A DNA stretch of 61,976 nucleotides from a virus (taxonomy: Duplodnaviria; Caudoviricetes): the IMG/VR virus record IMGVR_UViG_3300043410_000417, positions 1-61,976 of that record. One strand, 5' to 3'. Shown one piece after another: positions 32,798 through 43,261 of this stretch. Positions within the stretch are counted from its first letter, which is position 1; every line of letters begins with the position of its first letter. Made by a program: the position numbers and the translations under genes. The notes under the pieces are model-generated. The model ran no database searches. It saw nothing but the letters and a program-made list of their open reading frames with translations, and had not been told where the DNA came from.

Positions 32798-33088
32798 TTA
32801 GGCATCAGCAACGACTGAGTCGTCGCCATTGTCACCAGTAATGGAACCCATAGCGACCAATGTTTCAGTCTTGTTACGGACGTTACCTTGAGCATCAGTA
32901 TAAGATAGGCGACGAACCCATCCTGCGTGTTGCATACCTTTAGCTTTGTTGGAAGCAACGTTTTCTTCTACAGCGTCAACGCCGTAAGTGATTGCTACAC
33001 CAGCAGTTCCACCGATAGAACCGTTAGCGTCTTGAGAGACGAACTTTGGCTTGCTGCCAGCGTTGTCAGTATTTCCCCATAGTGCCAT
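32798..33088 (-). CDS. probable small virion protein
   Basis: MALWG..HAGWV..ETLVAM. Confidence 0.7.
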   Translation of the reverse strand: MALWGNTDNAGSKPKFVSQDANGSIGGTAGVAITYGVDAVEENVASNKAKGMQHAGWVRRLSYTDAQGNVRNKTETLVAMGSITGDNGDDSVVADA

Positions 33089-33118
33089 TTTTAATCTCCT
33101 TGATTGTAAGGCTGTAAC

Positions 33119-34531
33119 TTATTTATTCTTCTTAGTCTCTGGCTTTGCATCGTCAGAGTCATTATCATTATCAGGCTTCTGTAGAGAACCGCCGTAACGA
33201 GATCCCTTCTTAACACCAGAGCCACCACCTTGCTTAGCTTGGTTCTCAAACTTAGCTTTGTACTCAGGAGTACCTGGCCACATACCTTCTTTCAACGCGA
33301 CTAGAAGTTGGTCGGCTGTGAAGGATTCTTTCTTGACAGCTGGCTTCTTAGCATTCTCCCACTTCTCTTCGTGTGGTGCCTGACCAGCAGCATTAACCTT
33401 GTCAACATTAACTGGCTTAGCTTCAGATAGAGTCTCGATAAATTCACGAAGGCTCTTAGTTCCTTCGTTGCGTAGTGCACGCCCGATAGCCTTGTTGTGT
33501 TGTTGAGCAGTCTTGTGTTCTGCGCCAGCTTCTGGAACTGGGTTGCCAGCAGCCTTATAACGCGCACCACGAGAAGCATCCATAGACTTACGCTTCAATG
33601 CGTTTTCTTGGTTACGTTCGTCGAGTTGGTTACCTTCTAGTTCAACGTGATCACGGACATGACCAACGCCACGTTTCTTTTCTTGATCTGCAAAATCTTG
33701 AGAAGCTCCATCAGTACTCATCGTATTACGCTTCAATGCACGGTTGGTGACTCTGTCCATACCTTGACGAACCTTCTTCGATCTCTTTGTGCGGTCAGGT
33801 TGCTGAGCATATCGTGCTTTGAAATAGCTGTGTTCAGTTTCTGCAGAAATCTCATCAATCTGTTCGACTTCTTCTTTAACTGCTGGCGGTGTAGCTGGTT
33901 TTGATGCAGCTGCTTCTGCGCGCTTCTTACGTTGAGCAGCTAGGTATGCTTGGAAGCCAGGAGAATCAGATTTAGAACGAGCAGCTGCTGCAGTTTTAGC
34001 TTTATCTACAACTGCAGCTTCGGCTGTCAATTCAACTTCTTCATTTCTCTTACCAAAGTTCTTTTCGTGCTCGTTCTTAACAATTCGCTTGTTAGCTCTA
34101 CGAACACCAACTTGGTGTTGAGGAGATGCCTGTGCTGCATCTCTAGTTTCTGGGTTAAGAAGTTTCTTGCCAACTCCGCCTTTATAGCGCATCAAAAGAC
34201 CAGTTGTCAACTCGTCGATTTGCACAACTTCTTTATCATTCATAGGTGTTCCTTCCTTGTTATCTTCTGTAGAGATATCTAAACCCTCTCTCATGCCTAG
34301 CTTACGTAGAAGGTTAGCTACCTTACCACGCTTGCGGTGCTTTCTGTTCTTAGCATCAGCAAGTTCTTGCTTTGCTAGAGCAGCAGAGTCGAATGTAAAA
34401 GATTCGTTTTGTTGGTCTTCCATCTCTTTTTCCGTTTTCTTCTTTGGTGCTACCTCAACACAAGCGGGATCGATTTTATCGGTTCCATTTGGCTGGATAG
34501 TACCTTCAGTAAATTGTTTATAGGATTTCAT
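33119..34531 (-). CDS. charged low-complexity protein, possible internal head protein
   Basis: MKSYKQFTE start, recurring EEVEQIDE-like motifs. Confidence 0.7.
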   Translation of the reverse strand: MKSYKQFTEGTIQPNGTDKIDPACVEVAPKKKTEKEMEDQQNESFTFDSAALAKQELADAKNRKHRKRGKVANLLRKLGMREGLDISTEDNKEGTPMNDKEVVQIDELTTGLLMRYKGGVGKKLLNPETRDAAQASPQHQVGVRRANKRIVKNEHEKNFGKRNEEVELTAEAAVVDKAKTAAAARSKSDSPGFQAYLAAQRKKRAEAAASKPATPPAVKEEVEQIDEISAETEHSYFKARYAQQPDRTKRSKKVRQGMDRVTNRALKRNTMSTDGASQDFADQEKKRGVGHVRDHVELEGNQLDERNQENALKRKSMDASRGARYKAAGNPVPEAGAEHKTAQQHNKAIGRALRNEGTKSLREFIETLSEAKPVNVDKVNAAGQAPHEEKWENAKKPAVKKESFTADQLLVALKEGMWPGTPEYKAKFENQAKQGGGSGVKKGSRYGGSLQKPDNDNDSDDAKPETKKNK

Positions 34532-35142
34532 TAGTCATGCCCCATATGCTTACGTAAATCGTGGAACAAAGCATCTCTGTGCTCTCCCTTCATTTTGGAC
34601 GGGAGATGTTTGTGGAATTCTTCTTTGTTTCCTGCTGCGGCATGTTCACGCATCTTAGTTCCAGAGACACCGCTTGTTCCTTCAGAGTCTGGATCGCGAT
34701 CTCCAGAAGAGTGCACTGTAATAGACTTAAAATTATAATGACCGTGAGCAGATTTTTGTCCATTATATTTATGTAGTAGTTCGTGCATTGCCTCGTGGCG
34801 ATCAGAACCAGCAACTACGTGTAGGTGCTTGATTCCAGCTTTGTGCATATCTGCAGCATGGTGCAGAATAGTCGGCTTCTCTTTTGAAGCAGCAGAGATG
34901 TTAGTTCCAGGGAAAGCATTCTTAGCATGCTCAACCTTACGATCTGCTGGTAGAGGATTCTTTTTCTTATCTTGAGAGTGAGAAAGAACCACATGGTGTT
35001 CACCACCATGCTCTTTAGCAACTTCGTGAACCTTATTGACTACCTGCTCATGACCAGCAGTAGGTGGGTTCATACGACCGAAAGCGAGAACGCCGTGTTT
35101 CTCGCTCGCGCTTTCTTTTAGGAATGAAAGGAATGATAACAT
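34531..35142 (-). CDS. cytidyltransferase-like nucleotidyltransferase
   Basis: FGRMNPPTAGH, AGSDR, RDPD, SGTKMR. Confidence 0.85.
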   Translation of the reverse strand: MLSFLSFLKESASEKHGVLAFGRMNPPTAGHEQVVNKVHEVAKEHGGEHHVVLSHSQDKKKNPLPADRKVEHAKNAFPGTNISAASKEKPTILHHAADMHKAGIKHLHVVAGSDRHEAMHELLHKYNGQKSAHGHYNFKSITVHSSGDRDPDSEGTSGVSGTKMREHAAAGNKEEFHKHLPSKMKGEHRDALFHDLRKHMGHD

Positions 35143-36320
35143 TACTTTTTAACCTTTAGTAAGTTAGCCTTAGCGAACTCAGATCGGTTTACCAACTTAG
35201 TTGGCTCATTCTTATGATTAACAACGAAACCTTCTGGCTTAGACTTAGTGTCATTAATGTGGTGTTCATAACCACCTTCGTGAGTTTCTAGGTGTTTAAC
35301 TAGAGTATTCTTTGCTTGTTGTAGGTGGTGGTGCATTGAGAACAGATTACCGTAGTGCTCTTTGTTGGCTTCTACGTGGGATACATGTTCTGCAGCTTCT
35401 GCGCGCTTTGCAGTTTGAGACTTCTCAGTCTTAACCTTAGCAGCAGCCTTCTCACCTTGAGACTTAATGTGTTCTTGGAAACCCTTAGCAGATGGAACCT
35501 GATCGTTCTTAACAGTGCTATTGATGTAAGTAGTCATGTGGGAATTTTCACCACGATGCTTTTCTGTAGCTGAATACATCTTTGCGCCATGAGTATCGTG
35601 GATATCTTTGGCAGCACTCATGTGCTTGTGGAATGTTTCCTGAGCCTTCTGTGGATAGCTAATCTTAGAAGTATCGTGTTCAGCAGTGTGGTGAGCAACG
35701 TCTTTGTGCTTGCTGAACTCAGAGTCGCTAACGTGAGGAGTAGCCTTCATAGAAGCCATGTCCTTACCTTCGTACTTGGTGTGAGTAACAACACCTAGCT
35801 TAGCTTCCTTGTGAGCCTTAGCCTGATCGCCCTTAGCTGTATAGGTAATAGTGTTTGGTTTGAAAGAGACGTTACCGCTCTTGTGGTGTTCAACATCACC
35901 GCTGTGCATGATGTCACCTTGATAAACACCCTTCTTAGGAGCAACCTTTGGTAGATGCTTTAGTGCAGCACCTAGCTTATCAACTAGACCTGGAGCATGT
36001 CCATGGTTCTTTTGAATGTCTTCGTGAGTATAGTTTAGCTTAGGGTTCTTGTTAAAGGCAGACTTAGATGCAACGAAGAACTTACCAGACTCTGGGTGGT
36101 GACCGTAAACAACAGATGGAGAACCATCGTACTTCATAGTCAGACCGCTGGACTTGTGACCAGCTTTCATGTGCTCATGGGCTTGAGTTAGCGCACCATG
36201 TGCATGCTCGAAACCTTCATGACCATGCATTAGAGGGCGATCCTCTGCATGGTGAATGTGCTTTAGCTTAGCACCTTCTGCTTCCGCTTCTTCTTTTAAG
36301 AAAGAGATAAATGTCTTCAT
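35142..36320 (-). CDS. conserved T4-like protein (DUF6267-like), His-rich
   Basis: KYDGSP..KSAFNKNPK..YQGD..PNTITY..PEGFV..KLVNR.EF. Confidence 0.8.
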   Translation of the reverse strand: MKTFISFLKEEAEAEGAKLKHIHHAEDRPLMHGHEGFEHAHGALTQAHEHMKAGHKSSGLTMKYDGSPSVVYGHHPESGKFFVASKSAFNKNPKLNYTHEDIQKNHGHAPGLVDKLGAALKHLPKVAPKKGVYQGDIMHSGDVEHHKSGNVSFKPNTITYTAKGDQAKAHKEAKLGVVTHTKYEGKDMASMKATPHVSDSEFSKHKDVAHHTAEHDTSKISYPQKAQETFHKHMSAAKDIHDTHGAKMYSATEKHRGENSHMTTYINSTVKNDQVPSAKGFQEHIKSQGEKAAAKVKTEKSQTAKRAEAAEHVSHVEANKEHYGNLFSMHHHLQQAKNTLVKHLETHEGGYEHHINDTKSKPEGFVVNHKNEPTKLVNRSEFAKANLLKVKK

Positions 36321-36769
36321 TTCATTGACGCCTTTAACATCCAGCTATGCTTTTCGTGGGTATCGATACGATCCGCCAAGAAGTTACATAGCCCGTAGGT
36401 TTTATTTTCCTCACCTAGATCGTAAGCCTTCTTCAGACTTGCGAGTACTTCTAGGTTAGCCTTTTGAATTTCATTTAGAATTCCTTGGATATCTTTAACA
36501 TCACCAGTTGTTTCTGGGATAGTCTTATGATTCCACATCTCTTCTAAAGTACGTGGAGCATATGCATCTAACTTACGAATGTTCTCCGCAAGAGGATCCA
36601 CTGCACCATACACATCTTCATACAGGTCTCCTAGGAAACCATGCCATTGTGGAAAGTCTGCGCCTTCCACATTCCAATGAAACTGATGCACTTTGAAATA
36701 CATTACGAATGTATTTGCCAGTGCAATTCTCAGGGACGTTACCAACTCATCCATTATTTTGTTCTCCAT
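36317..36769 (-). CDS. dps: Dps/ferritin-like protein
   Basis: HQFHWNVEGADF..H..YE..D.LAE..HEKHSWML. Confidence 0.9.
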   Translation of the reverse strand: MENKIMDELVTSLRIALANTFVMYFKVHQFHWNVEGADFPQWHGFLGDLYEDVYGAVDPLAENIRKLDAYAPRTLEEMWNHKTIPETTGDVKDIQGILNEIQKANLEVLASLKKAYDLGEENKTYGLCNFLADRIDTHEKHSWMLKASMK

Positions 36770-37602
36770 TCTTTGAAGGATTCCTTGAAGAACGGATCGA
36801 ATGGCTTACCGTTGAGTGGCACTGTACCATTCTCAGCTGGGATAGACTTCTCACCAGTCTTCATTTTAATTTGAGACTTTTTTACCTGCTTAACTTCCTG
36901 GAGCCACTTAGAGATAAGTTTACCCTCAGAGCACTTCAAAAGCAAATGATTTGAACCTCGCTTTACAATCTCATACTCTGTGCCTGCACATTCAACGATG
37001 TCGCCCACATTAAAGATCTCGCCTCTGAAGTATTGTTCTCTCAATTCGTTCTTCACCAAGTTAATCTGTTCTTTGATTGGCTCCATACCAGAACCAACTC
37101 GAATGTCGTTCATCAAACGACGACTATCCAATTCACGAATGGAAGTAGGAAGGTTCTTCTTGAACTCTTCATACAAACCCTTTGCAGCAAGACTTCTTGT
37201 AGAGTCTTCGCTGTCTGGATCCTTGTCGCCAATAACTACAGCCTCAACGTTCAACTTCTTTAGAGAGTTAACCTTGTCTGAGCTAGTGACTACAACGATG
37301 TTCTTATAATGTTCTCTTAGGCTCTTGACGATTTCCCCGATGTTATCACCAGACTCTTTGAAGTTGGTTTTCGGGAACACCAGATCAAGATACTGGAGTT
37401 TCTTTTCTACGACTAGAGGATTCTTTTTCGCATCGCTTACATTGGATGCATAGATTACGTGGTCTGCGTTCTTAGACTCAGCCAGTTTTTTGACAGTCTT
37501 GACTAGGAGTTCGTGACCTAGTGTTGGAGGGTTAAACTTCCCACAGGCTAGAACGACAGTCTTTGACGGTAATTGCTTCAGAAATTGTCTGTAATCTTTC
37601 AT
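36754..37602 (-). CDS. second, divergent cytidyltransferase-like protein
   Basis: GKFNPPTLGH, KDPD, C-terminal LREQYFRGEIFNVGD domain. Confidence 0.75.
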   Translation of the reverse strand: MKDYRQFLKQLPSKTVVLACGKFNPPTLGHELLVKTVKKLAESKNADHVIYASNVSDAKKNPLVVEKKLQYLDLVFPKTNFKESGDNIGEIVKSLREHYKNIVVVTSSDKVNSLKKLNVEAVVIGDKDPDSEDSTRSLAAKGLYEEFKKNLPTSIRELDSRRLMNDIRVGSGMEPIKEQINLVKNELREQYFRGEIFNVGDIVECAGTEYEIVKRGSNHLLLKCSEGKLISKWLQEVKQVKKSQIKMKTGEKSIPAENGTVPLNGKPFDPFFKESFKEWRTK

Positions 37603-37644
37603 TGTAATCCATCTATAAAGTAGTATACTTATTTATAATTCGTA

Positions 37645-38940
37645 TTATTTCGTGGCTTTCTTGTCCATCTTGAACGAGATTTTCTTCAGTCCAGGTTGTC
37701 CTGCATTAGCATTATACTCGAATTTGAAGGCTGAAGAACTAAACTCTTTAACGGTATAGCTGATCGTTCTCTGGCTCTTATTGATCTTAATATAGATCTG
37801 AGAGACTACGATGCTATTGGCTGCATCATTTAGGACGCTAAGGTAGGTCTCGTTTTCATTTAGGGTATCGACAAGAGAGTAACCTAGAGGGGATATGATA
37901 AGACCCCAGCGTTTAGCCTTCGTGTCGAAGATACGCTTGGCGATCATATCAGAACCTGCTCTACCGATTAGTTCGTAGAACGGTTGAAGTTCGGCGAGAC
38001 AGGCGGTATGGCTCTTATAGCCAGCTAGAACTGTCTCGCACTGAGCAGCAGTAAAGTCCTTGTTACCGAAGAGGTTCTTCTTCAACCATAGGTATCCAGG
38101 ATGCTTAAGATCCTTCGCTGCTTCGACGATACCATCTACCGTGCTGTTATCGCTAATGGCAATGATAGCCTTTCTAGCGTTTTCCTTAGCAACGACCTGA
38201 TAAGAGTTAGGTCTAAGGATGTCGGCGATAGCATTGATAGAAGGTGGTGCACCTTCGTTGGCTTTAGCTGAAACCGCGATCTTGTTTTTACCCACGTGAG
38301 CGTAATAGTCAACAAGGGCTGCGTTCGACTCGGTTGGGTAGCTGATAGCGTCAACCTTCTTATTAAACTGGTTCATAAACCAGACGGCACCAGAGAGTTC
38401 ACCGAAGTCTTTTGCGATGATGTTAATGTCTGGATCAGAGATAGTGCCGATGTACTTGTCGGAAACCTTCGGGTCTGCTGCAGCTGAAGCAGTTAGTAAT
38501 TCGTTTAGGAATCCCTTAATGTTCTCTGGGGCATCAGAGTTCTTGATACTTGTCTTGACGTTAGTGACGAAGGTAGTCTTAGTAATCTTCTTACCACCGA
38601 AACCTAATCTGTCAGGGGTTAACTGCTTAGTCTTTAGAACACCCTTAGAAGACACAGCGAGAATGAAGTAGATCTTATCACCCTTCTTCGCCCCATCAAT
38701 ACCCTTACCGATCGTTAGCTCTTGAGTTACGTATGTACCAGAGATAGAAACGTCTGTCTCTTTTAACGTGCAGGAAAGGATAGAGTTAAGCAGCTTAAGA
38801 ACGTCGCCAGCATAGCTAATACGTAGGTGTGGACCACCTCTGGATGGCTTCATAGGTTCCACTCCAGCTTTCTTCAAGCCGTCAGAGTAGAACTTAATAA
38901 TGGCACTTTGTGCCTGTTTGCTGGTAGTGATCGCTGCCAT
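37645..38940 (-). CDS. hypothetical protein, possible PD-(D/E)xK nuclease fold
   Basis: DFGE..LVD..AVSAK spacing; 431 aa. Confidence 0.55.
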   Translation of the reverse strand: MAAITTSKQAQSAIIKFYSDGLKKAGVEPMKPSRGGPHLRISYAGDVLKLLNSILSCTLKETDVSISGTYVTQELTIGKGIDGAKKGDKIYFILAVSSKGVLKTKQLTPDRLGFGGKKITKTTFVTNVKTSIKNSDAPENIKGFLNELLTASAAADPKVSDKYIGTISDPDINIIAKDFGELSGAVWFMNQFNKKVDAISYPTESNAALVDYYAHVGKNKIAVSAKANEGAPPSINAIADILRPNSYQVVAKENARKAIIAISDNSTVDGIVEAAKDLKHPGYLWLKKNLFGNKDFTAAQCETVLAGYKSHTACLAELQPFYELIGRAGSDMIAKRIFDTKAKRWGLIISPLGYSLVDTLNENETYLSVLNDAANSIVVSQIYIKINKSQRTISYTVKEFSSSAFKFEYNANAGQPGLKKISFKMDKKATK

Positions 38941-38968
38941 AGTTATTCAATTATACAAGAATAACTAT

Positions 38969-39661
38969 TTATGTCAAGCGTTTAGAATACTTTCTATCCC
39001 ACTTGGCGATCTGCTGGATGATCTTTTGAGGGGAGATGTTGTTTCTGAAGTCGTAGTTGAACGTCTTCAAGAAATAGTGGAGAGTGGATGAGTCGCGGTA
39101 GGTCTTACATCTCAATAGTAGGGTTTGTACTGGGATGTTAGGCTTCTTCATTTTGAAGTCTAGGTACACACAGTGGGCGTATGCCTGAATCTCATCAAAT
39201 TCAGAAAGGTATCTACGCTCGGCATCTTTGAGAGAATGACCGACTCTCTTATATGGTACGACATACTTACTGTCTTCGTCGTAGCGACGATCGTACTGCA
39301 TAAAGTGGATCATCTCGTGCATCAGAGTCTGGATGACACGATACTTAAACTTATCCCAAGTCTTCTGAGTAAACGTATATTTATCGAAGTTGGTTGTGTA
39401 GATGTGGATGGTGCACTGACGTTCGTCTGGAGCATACTCCCCACCGACAGCCACGTATTTAGACCAAGTCTTCTTCGGAGGATCTCTAAACTCTATTCTA
39501 GTTTTCCACTTCCTAAAATAGTTTGAGAGACCAGACGAGTCATTTTCATACTCGTCTAAGTCTCTCCAGATTTTTGCAGGGATGAGTTTAGCTCTAAATG
39601 GACGCTCATAGAAATTGAGCATATCCATCCAGTCGAAATTAGCTGTTTCTAGGAAATTCAT
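38969..39661 (-). CDS. HExxH-containing hypothetical protein
   Basis: HEMIHFMQ..YL..DEIQAYA. Confidence 0.7.
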   Translation of the reverse strand: MNFLETANFDWMDMLNFYERPFRAKLIPAKIWRDLDEYENDSSGLSNYFRKWKTRIEFRDPPKKTWSKYVAVGGEYAPDERQCTIHIYTTNFDKYTFTQKTWDKFKYRVIQTLMHEMIHFMQYDRRYDEDSKYVVPYKRVGHSLKDAERRYLSEFDEIQAYAHCVYLDFKMKKPNIPVQTLLLRCKTYRDSSTLHYFLKTFNYDFRNNISPQKIIQQIAKWDRKYSKRLT

Positions 39662-39683
39662 AGCTCCCTAGAAAGCCCCAACC

Positions 39684-40292
39684 TCAACCTAGATGTTGAT
39701 CAAAGAAGGCTAGGACTTTCGCTTGCTCCTGTAAGTTAGTGTTACTAAACTCAGTAATATAGGGCATCAAGTCAAAATTCGATAGTAGATTACTATATTT
39801 AGTCTCGCGCCCTCTTAGGAATTGCTCGGACTGATCGGAGCCTCGTTCCTTGTAGCGTTGTTCTAGGAGATCCTTCGGAGCCTTCAAATAGACCACCTGA
39901 AGGTCAGTGTTCGGGAGACTCATACAAAACTCTAGGAAAGACTGGTTGAAGACTCGGTCACCTTCGAAGAGGATGTTACAGTTATTTGAGGAGATCCACT
40001 CTTGAAGAGGAGGCTGGACTGCCATAGAAAGACGGTCGGTTCCAGCGAAGGTTTCACCTTCCTCGTACTTACCGAGAACATATAGGTCGCGTTCTGCATT
40101 GTAGGAAGCAGAAACCAGTTTGGCTGGCTCACCAACGATCCAGTCCTTACCTTCCATATACTTACGGAAGAGAGTAGTCTTGCCAGTTCCAGGCTGACCA
40201 CCAACCGCGATAATCTTACGGGTTTTCAAAGTATTCTTGATCAGCTTAACTTCGATCTGATCCTGTACGCCTAACTTATCTACAAATGACAT
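39684..40292 (-). CDS. P-loop kinase of DNA base-modification clusters
   Basis: GGQPGTGKTT, LGKY..FAGTDRLS, FEGDR; adjacent to aGPT-Pplase gene. Confidence 0.75.
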   Translation of the reverse strand: MSFVDKLGVQDQIEVKLIKNTLKTRKIIAVGGQPGTGKTTLFRKYMEGKDWIVGEPAKLVSASYNAERDLYVLGKYEEGETFAGTDRLSMAVQPPLQEWISSNNCNILFEGDRVFNQSFLEFCMSLPNTDLQVVYLKAPKDLLEQRYKERGSDQSEQFLRGRETKYSNLLSNFDLMPYITEFSNTNLQEQAKVLAFFDQHLG

Positions 40293-40301
40293 TTTATATC
40301 C

Positions 40302-41321
40302 TTAAGCAAATGCTTCCAAACCAACTAGAACTGGTTGCTCATCATTGAACATCCATTCCAGATTCTCTAACTTACCAGTATTGACAAAGGATGAGAATCT
40401 CTCCTTATCAATACCCTTCTTATTATCCAAACGCAGGTCGATGGTTTCGTTTCGGGCATCCCACATTACCTGCCATTCGATACCATACCACTCGTCGCCC
40501 TCGCACTTCATAATCTCTTCAGCCTGACGATCTAGGTAGTAACCCAGATAACGTCCATGGTGTTCACGGAAAATCTTCTTGAATGAACACAGGCAGGTTT
40601 CCATTGTGAAGAAGTCTACCTGATCACTTATTGTTGGGAATCTCGCTCTCGTTTCATCCAAGATGGACTTGGCTTCTTGCTCCAGATATACATACTCTGC
40701 TCCAGTAAGTTTCGCATCGTATTTGTCATCTTTTCCAAGGGCGAGAAGAAGCCCGTTACGATGGCTACGAGAGCCATCAAAATCATCAAGCATAAGTGAA
40801 GTAGGGCTAATCCGAATACCAGCGGTATGCTTAAGATGCTGAAGATAAAACCAAGTAGAGTAACGACCAAACTTGTGGAGGCTACCTTTAACGCCTTCCC
40901 AAAGATTGGTAAATGACTGTTCTTCTGTATCACCATAATATGACTCCAATACCTCGCGTTGTGTTTTGTTACCGATAAACTTATGATACGACTCGAACAT
41001 TGCAGGGAGATGCCCCTTGTTCCACTTTGTATCAGTCTGATAGCGCAGACGTTTGTAGTTGGCAGTGTTCCACTGCTCCATACGATCTACAGTGGCTAGT
41101 TCGTAGTCTGGAAATTCATTCATCAGAACCCAAGCAGTTGGCAGGTAGTAGGTGTTACCGTACAACCAGCAAAGCCATAGCTTCTGCTCAGTGTTATGTT
41201 CGTAGCGTTTGTTCAGGTAGTTGGTAGCCCAGACTGCTGGATCACAATCATCATACTTCAATGACCAAGCATACCAACGAATGAACGCCTCACGACGATT
41301 CTGTTTTTCTCTGTAATCCAT
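40302..41321 (-). CDS. amino acid:DNA transferase (aGPT-Pplase-like, HhH glycosylase fold)
   Basis: FGRYSTWFYLQHL, SHRNGL, METCLCSFKK, GRYLGYYLDR. Confidence 0.75.
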   Translation of the reverse strand: MDYREKQNRREAFIRWYAWSLKYDDCDPAVWATNYLNKRYEHNTEQKLWLCWLYGNTYYLPTAWVLMNEFPDYELATVDRMEQWNTANYKRLRYQTDTKWNKGHLPAMFESYHKFIGNKTQREVLESYYGDTEEQSFTNLWEGVKGSLHKFGRYSTWFYLQHLKHTAGIRISPTSLMLDDFDGSRSHRNGLLLALGKDDKYDAKLTGAEYVYLEQEAKSILDETRARFPTISDQVDFFTMETCLCSFKKIFREHHGRYLGYYLDRQAEEIMKCEGDEWYGIEWQVMWDARNETIDLRLDNKKGIDKERFSSFVNTGKLENLEWMFNDEQPVLVGLEAFA

Positions 41322-41962
41322 TATTTCAAAAAGTCTTCAAGTGACGGTTGTTCCATCAATGCTTCACGCAACCAAGCCTTACCGACATAGTCGATAGCTT
41401 CCTGAGTCTTGGCTTTCTTCTTATCACCCCACGTGTACGATTCTAATCCTTCGCGTCGGAATTGCTCTCGCGCTTTTTGTGGAGGTAAAGATTGTAGTGG
41501 GTAGACGATGGCTTTGTCCCGCCATGCGATCTGTTCTGCGCGTGTAGCGAATAGTGGTTGGTCGCTGCGGAGTGAACCAGTGGGGTCAACTGCCCAGAAC
41601 ACCAGACCATTCCGTAAGTGCCAAGTGACAGACGTTGGTGTGCATGATATTTTGAGGCGTTTGACGTTTCGTTCTTCGACTGCGTATTTGATCCACGCAT
41701 CCCAGCATTTCGACGCATAACCTTTTCCTTCTTTTCCTTCTACCGTAACAATCTCGTAAAGGTTAGCGTAGCCATCACGATTGAATGTAGCGAAGATCAA
41801 TGAGACGATCTCACCGTTGTCTTCAAGAGCCATCGGTAAGTTTTTCTCGTAGTTGTGAAATCTAGTCCACAATGAATGTGCAGCCGATAAGAACTTGGTG
41901 TTCCTACCAGCTGGACTTTCATCGATAATCTGTTGGACTTTTGTTGAGTTAATGAATAACAT
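41321..41962 (-). CDS. GNAT-fold acetyltransferase
   Basis: IVTVEGKEGKGYAS acetyl-CoA motif A. Confidence 0.7.
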   Translation of the reverse strand: MLFINSTKVQQIIDESPAGRNTKFLSAAHSLWTRFHNYEKNLPMALEDNGEIVSLIFATFNRDGYANLYEIVTVEGKEGKGYASKCWDAWIKYAVEERNVKRLKISCTPTSVTWHLRNGLVFWAVDPTGSLRSDQPLFATRAEQIAWRDKAIVYPLQSLPPQKAREQFRREGLESYTWGDKKKAKTQEAIDYVGKAWLREALMEQPSLEDFLK

Positions 41963-42665
41963 TTTGTAAGTCGACTGCGCCATCAATTTTTTCTTGTTCA
42001 ACCATCATACACAAATCAGAATCGAATCTGAAGTATGTATTCATTGCAATTAGAGTAGTTGGATCTTCAATACCTGCTCGTTTTACAACATCGGCAGTAG
42101 AGGTAATTATACACGCATTGGGTCTAGATGTCAAATATAACGGACGCTTGCCATTACGGAACACTGTAAGCGACTTGGTTCTTCCAAGCATACAGACTGC
42201 AAGGGAAGAATCCTTCCACTTCAACAGAGGAGATTCACCATGACCGAAGGTATGTAGCAAGAGTTCGGTATCGTTCTTACCCTCACACTTGTAACCGTAT
42301 AGCTTCTCCCAGTTCTCTGGAAGTTCTTGAGTGATAACACCGTTGTGAACCACGCTAATAAAAGAGTTGTAGATCGGTTGGTTATACTCGAGATCAGAAG
42401 TGCTGTAACGACAGTGACCGACTAGGTAAAGGTTACCATCTTCGTTGACCATATCGCGAAGGTTATCGTTGTGCATGAACTTCTCAATGAACTGATCAGC
42501 AGGGATAGGCTCTTTGATAGTTTCAATTCCTTTAGACCACTTAGGCAAAAAGGAGATGCCTGTCGCATGCATCCCACGAATACGAGACTCGTGGAAGACG
42601 CGCTTAAGCATCTCGAAATCATCAACAGTTGGCTTTTGAATAATCGCGCCAATTACAGAACACAT
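41949..42665 (-). CDS. class II (Ntn) glutamine amidotransferase
   Basis: N-terminal MC, RG.HATG, GHCRYSTS, NQP, HNG, ND(T)E. Confidence 0.9.
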   Translation of the reverse strand: MCSVIGAIIQKPTVDDFEMLKRVFHESRIRGMHATGISFLPKWSKGIETIKEPIPADQFIEKFMHNDNLRDMVNEDGNLYLVGHCRYSTSDLEYNQPIYNSFISVVHNGVITQELPENWEKLYGYKCEGKNDTELLLHTFGHGESPLLKWKDSSLAVCMLGRTKSLTVFRNGKRPLYLTSRPNACIITSTADVVKRAGIEDPTTLIAMNTYFRFDSDLCMMVEQEKIDGAVDLQNVIH

Positions 42666-43261
42666 TATAGAATCTCCAAGTGAGTTAGGTTTTTCTTGCT
42701 ACCCAAAACACCTTTATAAAAAGTATTGAACGCCAAAGAGATTCTAGTCTCTCTGGTGTTATTCACATTCACCCCATGGGGCGTTTGAGAAGGGAACAAA
42801 ATAATGTCTCCCTGCTCAACATCAATAGAACGCATCGGTGAATTGTAAGGTGTCATCTTACTTATCAGCGGACGCAACGGATAGTTGTCCTGCTTTCTAA
42901 ACACCATGAACGGTGCTGGATTTGGTGATAGGTAAATCACTCCACTCACAATGCTGTTTACGTGTATGTGTGTATGGTGAGAAGTATTATACTCATTGAA
43001 GTTCATCCACGATTGGGTGATCTCCAGTGAGACTCCAGAAGCACCCATCACCTTATCTAGATAAGTGTTCAGATGTTGCTGAACCTTTTCTCTTAGGGAA
43101 TCAACTCTATCTAAGACAGCGCTGTCGTTCGATGTAGTGTTTCCATACGTATTGCTATACTCACCACTGGCTCTGATAGAAGCCAGAGAAGATAACTCTT
43201 CATCGCTGAATGTTATCTTCCCCTTATACAAAGGCTCTGGAAAGATTTCCAGAACTTCCAT
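42665..43261 (-). CDS. 2OG-Fe(II) oxygenase (TIGR02466-like)
   Basis: SWMN..HIHVNS.VSGV.Y..FPS..PHGV..RISLAFN. Confidence 0.85.
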   Translation of the reverse strand: MEVLEIFPEPLYKGKITFSDEELSSLASIRASGEYSNTYGNTTSNDSAVLDRVDSLREKVQQHLNTYLDKVMGASGVSLEITQSWMNFNEYNTSHHTHIHVNSIVSGVIYLSPNPAPFMVFRKQDNYPLRPLISKMTPYNSPMRSIDVEQGDIILFPSQTPHGVNVNNTRETRISLAFNTFYKGVLGSKKNLTHLEIL

